From NCBI GenBank assembly GCA_036930585.1, contig GCA_036930585.1_3066.1: a stretch of 64,000 nt of DNA. One strand, written 5' to 3'. Origin of the DNA: a phage. Position numbers and translations under genes: made by a program. Shown piece by piece: positions 19,625-28,588 of the stretch; within the stretch, counting starts at the first letter, position 1; the number at the start of each line of letters is the position of its first letter. The notes beneath the pieces were generated by a model. The model did no database searches. It saw only the letters and a list, made by a program, of their open reading frames with translations, and had not been told where the DNA came from.

Positions 19625-19654
19625 GAAATAAAAAAGGGAGCCCGAAGGCTCCCT
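19625..19654 (-). terminator. intrinsic terminator (agggagcc-ttcg-ggctccct then TTTTTT on minus strand)
   Basis: directly after stop of ORF 19656..20666. Confidence 0.65.
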
Positions 19655-19655
19655 A

Positions 19656-20666
19656 TCATTTATAATAACTTCGGTGGTTTTCAAGATAAACCCTCTCAAG
19701 GAAGTCATCCCAGAAACCCATGTCTACTTTTTGCTGCATACCGTTCTTAGAAGCTTCAGTAGATGCTGCTTCTACTTGATCGACCACATCTTCCAAAAAC
19801 TCTTGAACCGTTTTAAATGGATGTTTACCCAACTTCACGTCGAGAATAAATGGAGCATCTTTGAGTGGATAAACCAAGTCACCAGTTTTGTAAATTTCCA
19901 ATAGTTGGAGTCCACCACGGCAAGCATGGCTCAGAGCTTTCCAGTCAATACCTTCATTGGCTTCGGCCTTACGAGCACGTTCACCATATTCAGCATCTAA
20001 TTTGTTCAGTGACTGCTTAAGCTCAATAAGAGAAAGCGTTGTCTGATATTTACGACCCAACACTGTGTAAAACGTCTGTGGGCCTGTTTTCTCATGATTA
20101 TGGAACACCCATTCACAGAATTCGTTTTCTGGAAGACGATGCTTAATATCTTCAACTTTAGTACGACGCTGCTTAATGGAACCGTCTTCTTGGTAATCAA
20201 CCCATTGCTCAGGGATTTGATTAACTACTTTCAATACATCACGTAATGCAGCCAAACGAGAACCCTTGACACCGTATTTAGAAGCTTGCTTGCGGACATA
20301 TCCTAAATAGGATTTCATGTTAGTCGTATAAAAACGAGAACGGTTGTCTTGAATAAACTTCCACACATCAGGCAAATCAGATTTAACCACTAGTTCAGGT
20401 GGAGTGTGAAGCATATCCAATGCTACAGTTTCACCATCTGCTGCTAATTTAAAGAAATATTTAAGACTGTATAGTTCATGGTCAATATCATCTTTAGTGT
20501 TTTTAGATGATGTGTTGTTAGTGTTTTTACTCATGTGCTCTTTAACGTTTCCGATAAGAATATCACGAGCAGGAGGAACAAAGATTTCTTTAAAATCTAC
20601 ATCAGATTCTGGGGTAGAAGTTCCATAAAGATGACTACCAAAATAAGACTTAACTACAGTTTTCAT
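19656..20666 (-). CDS. nucleotidyltransferase-fold protein (pol-beta superfamily)
   Basis: 336 aa; N-terminal GSHLYGTSTPESDVDF (GS...D.D motif). Confidence 0.6.
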   Translation of the reverse strand: MKTVVKSYFGSHLYGTSTPESDVDFKEIFVPPARDILIGNVKEHMSKNTNNTSSKNTKDDIDHELYSLKYFFKLAADGETVALDMLHTPPELVVKSDLPDVWKFIQDNRSRFYTTNMKSYLGYVRKQASKYGVKGSRLAALRDVLKVVNQIPEQWVDYQEDGSIKQRRTKVEDIKHRLPENEFCEWVFHNHEKTGPQTFYTVLGRKYQTTLSLIELKQSLNKLDAEYGERARKAEANEGIDWKALSHACRGGLQLLEIYKTGDLVYPLKDAPFILDVKLGKHPFKTVQEFLEDVVDQVEAASTEASKNGMQQKVDMGFWDDFLERVYLENHRSYYK

Positions 20667-21127
20667 TATTCAGCCTTATATTCAATAACAGGACATACTT
20701 TAGCTTTACGAGCTTTTAAAAATTCAACGATAACCGATTTCTTTGGTTGAATAGGAGGTAAACCTTTATACGCCCTATCAATATTTTCTACATGTAAAGC
20801 ATAATCCTTTTTCCATTTATAATCTTTATATTTTTCATGCAGTTGTGCAGGAATAACAAATGAACCAATAATAAGTAAAATAAGCAAAATGGCAAGTATA
20901 AATGCTGATGGAATAAGAGTCCATAAACTACCAAAAATAAGCCATTTCTGTATGATTTCTGCACAGATAATAGTTAGACCTGCGAGTATAGTACATCCGA
21001 AAAAAGAAACGAAAAATGTAGGGATAACAATAGACCAAAAGTATGCACACAATGTCTTAGGTCGTTTCCATTCGTCGTTAAACAGTTTGAATAATTTATA
21101 GTGCCAAGAGTTTTCATTAATAATCAT
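20666..21127 (-). CDS. membrane protein (multi-TM)
   Basis: 153 aa, several hydrophobic segments. Confidence 0.55.
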   Translation of the reverse strand: MIINENSWHYKLFKLFNDEWKRPKTLCAYFWSIVIPTFFVSFFGCTILAGLTIICAEIIQKWLIFGSLWTLIPSAFILAILLILLIIGSFVIPAQLHEKYKDYKWKKDYALHVENIDRAYKGLPPIQPKKSVIVEFLKARKAKVCPVIEYKAE

Positions 21128-21129
21128 AA

Positions 21130-21651
21130 TTATCCTTTCATTGAAGGTGTAACAGTTGTTAAATACTTAATCATAGCCTCAGCTTCTGATTTTGATAATG
21201 AAATTTCTTCATTGTTTTGACGAATAGAAATAAAATCCGGATGACGGTCACCACCAGCTTTTAAAACACACATATAAGTATCAGTTTCATCTTCAATATC
21301 TGAAATGATTGAAGCAGTTCCACATGAATGTGGTTTTTGATAAATCAATACAGCTTTTCTTCCACCGTTTGACTGTTCATAAACTTTTAACACATCAAAC
21401 AAATCGCTTCTTTTATCAATAGCTAAGATGTTGTTTTCATCTTCAATATTAAATCCTTCGGATACTTCATAAAGTGTCACCCATAAATCACCAATATCAA
21501 TAACAGCGTTCACTTTTCCATGACTTTCAAGAGCATTACAAATTTTCTTAATTTCATCATAACTCATTTTAATAATATCATCTCCTTGAATAAGGAAGAT
21601 GTCATTTTTAAATTCAACACGAATTAAACCGCTTCCACTTGAAATAAACAT
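21130..21651 (-). CDS. hypothetical protein (tandem paralog A)
   Basis: 173 aa; C-terminus SKSEAEAMIKYLTTVTPSM. Confidence 0.55.
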   Translation of the reverse strand: MFISSGSGLIRVEFKNDIFLIQGDDIIKMSYDEIKKICNALESHGKVNAVIDIGDLWVTLYEVSEGFNIEDENNILAIDKRSDLFDVLKVYEQSNGGRKAVLIYQKPHSCGTASIISDIEDETDTYMCVLKAGGDRHPDFISIRQNNEEISLSKSEAEAMIKYLTTVTPSMKG

Positions 21652-21657
21652 ATTTCC

Positions 21658-22212
21658 TCACTTTGAAATCATAGTTGGAATGACAGAATCAAGATAAGTC
21701 TTTAACGCAATAGCTTCGTCTTTGGTAAATGTGACAATATGTGCTTGAAAATCGTCAATTTGACGAATAGTTAAGACATCTCCCTCTTCATAACATTTTG
21801 ATACATTTAAAAGAGTTTCATCATTCTGATTGCAAGCGTTAGTAATAATAGCATTGCAATTTTTGAGCCATTTTAAACTATGTTTTCTTTCATTAGAATA
21901 ATAAAAATATTTAATCTTAGCTATAAAACTATCCCAATGGATAACTGATAAACACATTGACTCACTTTTAATATTAAATCCTGGGCATGAAGAATAAAAA
22001 TGAATTTTGTGCTCATCATTGATGCTTACTATTTTATCAGTATAAGGATATTCAATTTGGGTTAAATGAATGATTTCACTAGGCGTAAAATATAGCATAT
22101 CGTCTTCTTGCGTCAAACGATACATGTTATTTACTTTTTCTATAGCCAATTCACCAAAAAGCGGACTAACTTCTAATACTAATCGTTTCATATTAATCCT
22201 TTTTATTGGCAC
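21658..22212 (-). CDS. hypothetical protein (tandem paralog B)
   Basis: 184 aa; C-terminus TKDEAIALKTYLDSVIPTM. Confidence 0.55.
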   Translation of the reverse strand: MPIKRINMKRLVLEVSPLFGELAIEKVNNMYRLTQEDDMLYFTPSEIIHLTQIEYPYTDKIVSINDEHKIHFYSSCPGFNIKSESMCLSVIHWDSFIAKIKYFYYSNERKHSLKWLKNCNAIITNACNQNDETLLNVSKCYEEGDVLTIRQIDDFQAHIVTFTKDEAIALKTYLDSVIPTMISK

Positions 22213-22471
22213 GAATTTGTTCTAAAATTTTAGAATATTCCTTTGTATCAGATTTACGTACAATTGATACACTATAAGGCATACTATCGGTGTCTTTTAT
22301 AAAGCGTTCCAAATGACACTCTAACAAAATTTCTGGATTATAAATCGTGTACATCAAATTACCTGTTGCTCCACGATATTGGCAGATTTCTACTGATTGA
22401 ACACCATTCCATAATTTTGTTAAAACTAAATCACCTACTTCTAATTTAGGAAAGCCCATGTTATTCACCAA
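22193..22471 (-). CDS. hypothetical protein
   Basis: 92-aa ORF. Confidence 0.5.
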   Translation of the reverse strand: MVNNMGFPKLEVGDLVLTKLWNGVQSVEICQYRGATGNLMYTIYNPEILLECHLERFIKDTDSMPYSVSIVRKSDTKEYSKILEQIRANKKD

Positions 22472-22646
22472 TTAAAGTTTCAATATAAGAATCAAGATTT
22501 ACTTTAGCTTCTTCCATAAGAGTTTTGTATTTAATCTTGTTAGCATGTCCGGAGAAAGCTGATTCATCAATAACTGTTGATGTATGAACAGCTCTACTAT
22601 ACGTCTCAATTAATTCTCTTAATTTAAAAGCCTGCTCACTTGTCAT
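22461..22646 (-). CDS. hypothetical protein
   Basis: 61-aa ORF preceded by promoter. Confidence 0.45.
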   Translation of the reverse strand: MTSEQAFKLRELIETYSRAVHTSTVIDESAFSGHANKIKYKTLMEEAKVNLDSYIETLIGE

Positions 22647-22670
22647 TACATACTCCTTTGAATCATATCA

Positions 22671-22700
22671 ATAATATTGTTCACCAGATTATAAGTAAAC
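22671..22700 (-). promoter_or_regulatory. early-type promoter: GTTTAC, 18 bp, TATTAT
   Basis: motif read on minus strand. Confidence 0.5.
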
Positions 22701-22810
22701 ATTGGATAATTATATTGAATCATCACATACACAACAAACAAAACTTTCATTCTCTTCTCCTTGGCAGTTGACAAGATTACTATATCATAACCTTGCCAAC
22801 TTGTAAACCA

Positions 22811-22984
22811 TTAAATGACGTTTTCAATAAAATTCTGAAGCTTTGTGTGAGCATCAACCATGATTTTCATTTCTTCCTTTGCGAAAGCTGTACCTCTTTC
22901 CCTAGCAGAATACTCATAGTCAGAAACTGCATTAGCATATTCTTCAATTAGCTTCATTAAAAACATCTGCTTTTCAGTTTTCAT
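22811..22984 (-). CDS. small hypothetical protein (57 aa)
   Basis: hand-translated ORF below track cutoff; overlaps stop of upstream ORF. Confidence 0.35.
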   Translation of the reverse strand: MKTEKQMFLMKLIEEYANAVSDYEYSARERGTAFAKEEMKIMVDAHTKLQNFIENVI

Positions 22985-23168
22985 TATTCCACCTAATCAT
23001 TTCAAGATATTGAACTAACTTAGCTTTGGATTTATCCAAATCCTTTTTAGCTGCTTCTATACCATCGTATGAGTATCCTTCACAATGCTCAACTGCTAAT
23101 TGATATGAATCTATTTCAACATCACGTGCTAATTTAATAATTTTTTCAAACTGTTCACGTGTTAGCAT
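22974..23168 (-). CDS. hypothetical protein
   Basis: 64-aa ORF. Confidence 0.45.
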   Translation of the reverse strand: MLTREQFEKIIKLARDVEIDSYQLAVEHCEGYSYDGIEAAKKDLDKSKAKLVQYLEMIRWNNEN

Positions 23169-23170
23169 AC

Positions 23171-23410
23171 TTAAACTCTCGTATTATGATCGATAATTTC
23201 ATCAAGAAACATATCTAAAGCTTCTACAGCATTATCAACTTTAGCTTCAAATTTTTCAATACCTTTATTTGCAATGCCTGCCGAAAACCAAGCAAAGTCA
23301 CTAAGTTCCTCATCTGCTTTGCGAATTAAAGCTACCAATTCTTTAATTTTATCTGCTTGTTCAATTCTAGTCATTATTCCACCACATATGAAAGAGAGAA
23401 TATTGCACAC
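23171..23410 (-). CDS. hypothetical protein
   Basis: 79-aa ORF. Confidence 0.45.
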   Translation of the reverse strand: MCNILSFICGGIMTRIEQADKIKELVALIRKADEELSDFAWFSAGIANKGIEKFEAKVDNAVEALDMFLDEIIDHNTRV

Positions 23411-23562
23411 GCCATATGAGTTGCAGCTTCATCACACATATCATAACGTTTCTTAAGAAGTTCTACAAGTTCTTCACTAGTGACTTCATCCATGTCGACG
23501 AAAAAATCACCATTAATGATGACATAGATATTTCCTTCTTGATTAAGTGCTTCAATTTTCAT
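23374..23562 (-). CDS. small hypothetical protein; start at internal Met with AGGAG SD
   Basis: track N-terminus lies upstream of promoter 23591-23620. Confidence 0.45.
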   Translation of the reverse strand: MKIEALNQEGNIYVIINGDFFVDMDEVTSEELVELLKKRYDMCDEAATHMACAIFSLSYVVE

Positions 23563-23590
23563 GATGTTCTCCTCTTTATCCGATGGTTGT

Positions 23591-23620
23591 ATAGTACCAC
23601 AGCTCAAACGGAAAGTAAAC
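23591..23620 (-). promoter_or_regulatory. early-type promoter: GTTTAC, 18 bp, TACTAT
   Basis: motif read on minus strand. Confidence 0.6.
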
Positions 23621-23629
23621 CGGTAAAAT

Positions 23630-23652
23630 GAAAAAAGTCTCCCGAAGGAGAC
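23630..23652 (-). terminator. intrinsic terminator (agtctcc-ttcg-ggagact then TTTTTT on minus strand)
   Basis: after stop of ORF 23658..24044. Confidence 0.65.
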
Positions 23653-23657
23653 TAATG

Positions 23658-24044
23658 TTATTCGAGGGAAAGAAGATATTTGCTCTGGTAAAACATCCCA
23701 GTAATATCATCTATCGTGCTTTGAATGGCTGGAGGCATTTCTTTATAAATGCTGTTAGATTGGTCTAGTATGTGATCAATCATTCTAATTGTGTCGGTAG
23801 GAAGTTTACTGGCATCTGGAATAGAAGGCGTGTATTTTCTACCAGAATACCCCAAATATTGCTCACCAAATTTATCAATCAAATCTGGCAACTCGGAGAA
23901 AATAAAATCGTATGCTTTGTGTCTAGCATAACTTTTAGTTTCAAAATGCGCAGAATGAAAATAAGCTTGTGCAGCCATTAATAAACCTAAGTATTCATCT
24001 GCCTTTGAAGGTTTTCCACTTTGTGAAAAGTCGCTGAATTTCAT
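23658..24044 (-). CDS. hypothetical protein (rI.-1 position)
   Basis: 128 aa, immediately downstream of rI. Confidence 0.55.
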   Translation of the reverse strand: MKFSDFSQSGKPSKADEYLGLLMAAQAYFHSAHFETKSYARHKAYDFIFSELPDLIDKFGEQYLGYSGRKYTPSIPDASKLPTDTIRMIDHILDQSNSIYKEMPPAIQSTIDDITGMFYQSKYLLSLE

Positions 24045-24334
24045 TCAGTCTCCAATTTAATGTTCATAATTCTAGCGTATGATTGTGCCATCTCCGCGCC
24101 TCGCTCTATACATTCAAAATCGGAAGAGCACGGGTCATTTTTATAAGTCGTTCGCATAAAACTATAGAACTGTTCAGATGATTCTATGCTTTTGTTTTCA
24201 AAAAGCATATAAACGTGTCTAATACCAGATTCCATAAATTTATCAAAATGAGGATCGACATTCGCTTCAATTGGTGGAGATAAAGCAAACGCTAATCCTA
24301 GCATGACAAATAGTGCCGTTGCTTTTAAGGCCAT
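24041..24334 (-). CDS. rI: lysis inhibition regulator RI
   Basis: 97 aa; matches T4 RI by recall; N-terminal signal-anchor. Confidence 0.9.
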   Translation of the reverse strand: MALKATALFVMLGLAFALSPPIEANVDPHFDKFMESGIRHVYMLFENKSIESSEQFYSFMRTTYKNDPCSSDFECIERGAEMAQSYARIMNIKLETE

Positions 24335-24346
24335 AAAGGCCTCCTA

Positions 24347-24559
24347 TCATTTTTGTCCTGTATTTACTTTATGCCGATGCACGGCCTTAACTTTATCAAG
24401 GTATTTTTCAAAATTTCGCAATCTAGTATAGTCTGCCGGAGATTGGTTGAGTGATACTTCTCGACGCAAAGCTGAAATGATATTTCCAACTTCCCTACGA
24501 ATTTCATCTAATTGAAGAACAGTAAGATTGCGAAGTTGCTTTTCAGTTAATTGTAGCAT
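24347..24559 (-). CDS. hypothetical protein (rI.1 position)
   Basis: 70-aa ORF. Confidence 0.5.
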
Positions 24560-24602
24560 ATATACCCCTTTAGTTAGATAAAACCTATTTATAACTTTTG
24601 CA

Positions 24603-25184
24603 CTAACCGAGCTTTTTAGTTAATTCATTCCAATGTTTTCTACACAAAGAAACATAAATTTCATCACCAATACAGATTTGATTACCTTCTTTAACTGGTG
24701 TTCCATCTTCCATTAATCGAGCTGTCATAATAGCTTTTTTACCACAATGACAAACTGCCTTTAGTTCAATAAGTTTATCTGCAATCGCCAAAAGTTCTTT
24801 AGAACCTTCAAATAATTTTCCAGCGAAATCAGTCCTTAGCCCATAAGCCATAACAGGAACATTATATGTATCAACAATTCGACTTAATTGATGCACCTGT
24901 TCAGTTTTTAAAAACTGAACTTCATCTACAAATACACAATGAATATCTTTTTGTGCTTCAGCCCATTTATAGAACTCAAAAATATCCATATCATCCGTAA
25001 TAATATTCGCTTCCTGCTTAATTCCAATGCGAGAAACGACTTCACAGACAGAATCGCGAGTATCAATAGCAGGCTTAAGAACTAATACACTCATCCCACG
25101 TTCTTTATAATTATGCGCAGCAGTCAAAAGAGAAGCAGATTTTCCAGCATTCATTGCTGCATAAGTAAAAATTAAACTCGCCAT
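24603..25184 (-). CDS. tk: thymidine kinase
   Basis: 193 aa; P-loop AMNAGKS; matches T4 Tk by recall. Confidence 0.95.
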
Positions 25185-25193
25185 ATCACCTTC

Positions 25194-25379
25194 TTAAAGC
25201 ATATTCACATAAGCTATTAATTCGTTTTCTTTCTTATCAAACCGATCAGCAAATTCTTCTTGCTGTTCGGGAGATAGCGGGCCGTATTCATCATAAAAGG
25301 TGTTTGCTTCTGTATGCTCATCTAGAAGTTCATGGATAAGCTCAAACAATTTATCTTTTTGTTCTTTACTCAGACTCAT
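25194..25379 (-). CDS. hypothetical acidic protein
   Basis: 61-aa ORF. Confidence 0.5.
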   Translation of the reverse strand: MSLSKEQKDKLFELIHELLDEHTEANTFYDEYGPLSPEQQEEFADRFDKKENELIAYVNML

Positions 25380-25549
25380 ATATTAATTTCCAGGAGTTTT
25401 AAAATAATTCGCTTTTGCTTAAATATTTCCATAGTTAAATGACCAGTATCTTTTTGACCGATTCCAATGGCAAAACCTTTATTGACAGCGAGTTCAATTA
25501 AATTATCAAGCTCACGTAACACTTCATACTGTAACTCAAAACTATTCAT
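25376..25549 (-). CDS. small hypothetical protein (57 aa)
   Basis: hand-translated; stop overlaps downstream ATG (ATGA). Confidence 0.35.
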   Translation of the reverse strand: MNSFELQYEVLRELDNLIELAVNKGFAIGIGQKDTGHLTMEIFKQKRIILKLLEINI

Positions 25550-25752
25550 TTCGGTTTACCTTCTTTAACGAAATCTGGATAAGGATAAAATCCCGAATAA
25601 AATCCTTCACCTTTATGATTGATGCATCCTTTATTAGAACAATAGCACCAATAATCGAAATCACAAGCCATTTCATCGTTGCATAAAGCAAAAACAACTG
25701 GCCATTTACACTTTTCACAATGGGCATTTTTAAGAATACTAGTTTGGCTCAT
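25546..25752 (-). CDS. Cys-rich small protein (putative Zn-binding)
   Basis: 8 Cys in 68 aa, including a CEKC pair. Confidence 0.45.
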   Translation of the reverse strand: MSQTSILKNAHCEKCKWPVVFALCNDEMACDFDYWCYCSNKGCINHKGEGFYSGFYPYPDFVKEGKPK

Positions 25753-25976
25753 AACCATGTAACCTTTAAGCAGTATTCTTCTACATGCTGTTTACGACCT
25801 TTCTTATCAATAAAGGTATATTCAACGAATGTTCCAATGTAGTCTTTATCTACATCATGCGGACTATTAATTGGACATTTAGTACGGCAAATGCGTTCCC
25901 ATTGACGAATAATTACTGCCTTATTCTTTGGGTCATATGGATGTGGATAATGTATATTCATAATAACGGTTCCCAA
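25749..25976 (-). CDS. hypothetical protein
   Basis: 75-aa ORF. Confidence 0.5.
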   Translation of the reverse strand: MGTVIMNIHYPHPYDPKNKAVIIRQWERICRTKCPINSPHDVDKDYIGTFVEYTFIDKKGRKQHVEEYCLKVTWL

Positions 25977-26425
25977 TCAACAATCACAATTTCTAATTTA
26001 GAGGAATATGTATCTAAAATCCCCTCAATAATATCCCAGTTCCCTTTACCTATGCCTGCACCAATCCTAGGCATATAGATTGTAGGTTTAATCAGTTTAT
26101 TTTCACCAAACTCATTTAATTCTAACATACAATTCATTAAAGCGGAATACTCAAAATTTGGCCCTGGTTGAAATTGAGTATAAAGGTTGAAGCAATACGC
26201 TTTATGAGTCCTAAAGTATTTTTCATAGACTGAGTAAGAACCGAGTTTAGTTACATCACCCCATTCAGTCTGTAATTTATCAGCTTCCAAAATTTTAGGG
26301 AAAGCTTTGGTTAATTGACCCGCTACGCCTGAACCCATAGTATGAAAACAATTGCATCCATGCGCAATATTTTTACCTTCAGCGAAAAGGGCGACAATAT
26401 CGCCCTTGATATATTTTACAATCAT
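25958..26425 (-). CDS. macro-domain-like protein (putative ADP-ribose binding/hydrolase)
   Basis: 155 aa; motif HGCNCFHTMGSGVAG resembles macro-domain N..GGGV signature. Confidence 0.55.
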   Translation of the reverse strand: MIVKYIKGDIVALFAEGKNIAHGCNCFHTMGSGVAGQLTKAFPKILEADKLQTEWGDVTKLGSYSVYEKYFRTHKAYCFNLYTQFQPGPNFEYSALMNCMLELNEFGENKLIKPTIYMPRIGAGIGKGNWDIIEGILDTYSSKLEIVIVDWEPLL

Positions 26426-26763
26426 CTAGTACTCAATCCTCGATTATAAGAATCTACCAAACGGTCAACCATTGAATGACAAGCGGCTTTATCTTTCTCC
26501 TCCGCAACTGAACATTCTAAGGTATTCCACTTTTTAGCATATCGTTTTAATAATGTATCGTTTTTGTATCTGCTTGATTTATCTCTTTCTCCGTCTTTAT
26601 ATGCATATATTAATTTCTGCGCAAATTCAGCTTGGCATTCTTTATTTTTCCCACAATAATCCGCGGCAGTACGGTTTACATACTCTCTAATTTCAGTATA
26701 TGATGTATCTGCTAACGCAGAAAATGAAATTAATCCTATACATAAAACCAAAATTTTAGTCAT
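26422..26763 (-). CDS. secreted hypothetical protein (vs position by synteny)
   Basis: 113 aa; signal peptide MTKILVLCIGLISFSALA. Confidence 0.5.
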   Translation of the reverse strand: MTKILVLCIGLISFSALADTSYTEIREYVNRTAADYCGKNKECQAEFAQKLIYAYKDGERDKSSRYKNDTLLKRYAKKWNTLECSVAEEKDKAACHSMVDRLVDSYNRGLSTR

Positions 26764-27301
26764 TTACTATTTCCAAAAGTTTATTATTTTTAAGGTAATT
26801 AGCCTTTTCTAGGACTTCAGAAGCATATTTAGAACCAGCTTTAACATTCCATCCCGAATTATAAGAGGATATTGCTTTTCTTATATCGCCCTTATGTATA
26901 TTTAACCAATAAGAAAGTTCAATGCACGCCCAGGAAGCTGAATTGGATCGTTTATTCAACATTCTTTTTATTTCAGCATCGGTCATATTATAACCAAGTT
27001 CCTTAACTCTTGCTCGCATAGTAGGCAAATAATTTTGGAACATTCCATAAGCGTGATGCTTTGGTTTAGATTTTAAATTAACTCCGCCAGAGCTTTCTTG
27101 CCATAAAATAGCAGCCATTATATGACCTAATCCGCTCTTGCGGATATTTTTGTGTGTTTTATATTTTCCATCCTTAGAAAATTGTTCCCCGAATTGATAC
27201 GCGTAACGCATGTTATCGAGTTGGACATTACTGAAAGTATGCTCGGAGCTATGTGCCATCATTGAAATGGCCAATAGACCAGCGAGTAGTGCTTTTCTCA
27301 T
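26756..27301 (-). CDS. secreted lytic transglycosylase-like protein (SLT domain)
   Basis: 181 aa; signal peptide; LWQESSGG catalytic-Glu motif. Confidence 0.6.
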   Translation of the reverse strand: MRKALLAGLLAISMMAHSSEHTFSNVQLDNMRYAYQFGEQFSKDGKYKTHKNIRKSGLGHIMAAILWQESSGGVNLKSKPKHHAYGMFQNYLPTMRARVKELGYNMTDAEIKRMLNKRSNSASWACIELSYWLNIHKGDIRKAISSYNSGWNVKAGSKYASEVLEKANYLKNNKLLEIVND

Positions 27302-27308
27302 GCTTACC

Positions 27309-27770
27309 TCATTGAGTTTTAATTACTGCTTTAGAAGCCTTTCCTGGTAAACGACGACTGTTGATAATTGCCATCCTACATTGAAGTGACGGGTCTTTGA
27401 ACTTCGCGTTAGGTTTACAAACTGTAAATCCAAGCCAAAGATTTCCATCTGTGATTTCTAAACGTCCAGGACGGTATTCAACCCCATCAATAAAATCCTC
27501 ATCAATGTCAGGACGCGGAGGCATACTCAGGAATTCATTAACTTCTAAAACATGGTCTTTTATTTTGTGGAATAATTCAAAAACATATGTCTCATCAATC
27601 TCCCGTTGAATTGCACGATCAAGAAGATGCTGAGAATATTTTAGATGAAACGATGAGACCCCTGCTGCTTTTGATGCCTCACGAATATCATTGTTAATTT
27701 GACGAAACTCCGACTCAAAGTGACGACGAAGCTTATTTCGACGGATAAAAACTTCTGTGTTGATAGTCAT
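27309..27770 (-). CDS. regB: site-specific RNA endonuclease RegB
   Basis: 153 aa; matches T4 RegB by recall. Confidence 0.9.
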   Translation of the reverse strand: MTINTEVFIRRNKLRRHFESEFRQINNDIREASKAAGVSSFHLKYSQHLLDRAIQREIDETYVFELFHKIKDHVLEVNEFLSMPPRPDIDEDFIDGVEYRPGRLEITDGNLWLGFTVCKPNAKFKDPSLQCRMAIINSRRLPGKASKAVIKTQ

Positions 27771-27797
27771 GTTATTCTCCTCTTAACTGATAGAAAA

Positions 27798-27827
27798 ATT
27801 ATACCACAGTCAAGAGGAAAAGTAAAC
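27798..27827 (-). promoter_or_regulatory. early-type promoter: GTTTAC, 18 bp, TATAAT with TGg extension
   Basis: upstream of regB. Confidence 0.6.
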
Positions 27828-27829
27828 AG

Positions 27830-28108
27830 TTATTCTTTAAATCTAATCAATTTATTCATAGACTTTGAAACTTCGGCACGAACCTCATGTAGATTTTTGA
27901 GCTGTTCAAGACGCTGCGTATAGTAAGCAATTTCATCTTCTTCGAGACAGTCCTGTGAATCTTCTTTAAGATACCGTGCATAGTCCTGGAAAGCGTTACG
28001 GACTACTTCCTGGAAGTCATCAAGACTTTGAATTTTCTTAGGAGCAGCAGACACACGACGAGGGGCAGTATAATACTCATAACCAAACCCTGCGCTTAAT
28101 TGAGCCAT
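27830..28108 (-). CDS. hypothetical protein; start uncertain
   Basis: ORF 27830..28150, internal Met chosen. Confidence 0.4.
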   Translation of the reverse strand: MAQLSAGFGYEYYTAPRRVSAAPKKIQSLDDFQEVVRNAFQDYARYLKEDSQDCLEEDEIAYYTQRLEQLKNLHEVRAEVSKSMNKLIRFKE

Positions 28109-28410
28109 TAGTATTTTTCCTCTGGTTGGAACACAGCACGACAAGCCCACATACTGGCTTCTTTGAGTTTCGTTTTAGCAATAGCTAACTGATCGAGGCT
28201 TTCAGCATAATTCTTCGCGAGTTCAAAGTCTTCGCAATTATCTAGTGCTTCCCAGAATTCATCATATAAAGCATCAAAGATAAGTCCTAAACGAACTTCA
28301 GCGTCTTTAATAGCATTTACTTTACCGATTTTTTCGTCGGTATGTGGCTTATAACCTTTAATATCTTCAATCATATTTGACTTCCTCACCAGTACATAAA
28401 TCGTATTCAA
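28108..28410 (-). CDS. hypothetical protein
   Basis: 100-aa ORF. Confidence 0.45.
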   Translation of the reverse strand: MNTIYVLVRKSNMIEDIKGYKPHTDEKIGKVNAIKDAEVRLGLIFDALYDEFWEALDNCEDFELAKNYAESLDQLAIAKTKLKEASMWACRAVFQPEEKY

Positions 28411-28588
28411 CTAAACGAATAGGTTCATGAATGCCATATCCTTGAACAGAAATTTCTGTCGTAGGATAAATTCCACTAATATCACCCATATTCCACGCTT
28501 CATTAAATTGCTGTTCGCCTGAATTACTAAACCATTCTGCGAAAGCATTTAACACATCTTTAGAACCTTCAATAATTATCTTTGCCAT
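28367..28588 (-). CDS. hypothetical protein
   Basis: 73-aa ORF. Confidence 0.45.
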   Translation of the reverse strand: MAKIIIEGSKDVLNAFAEWFSNSGEQQFNEAWNMGDISGIYPTTEISVQGYGIHEPIRLVEYDLCTGEEVKYD

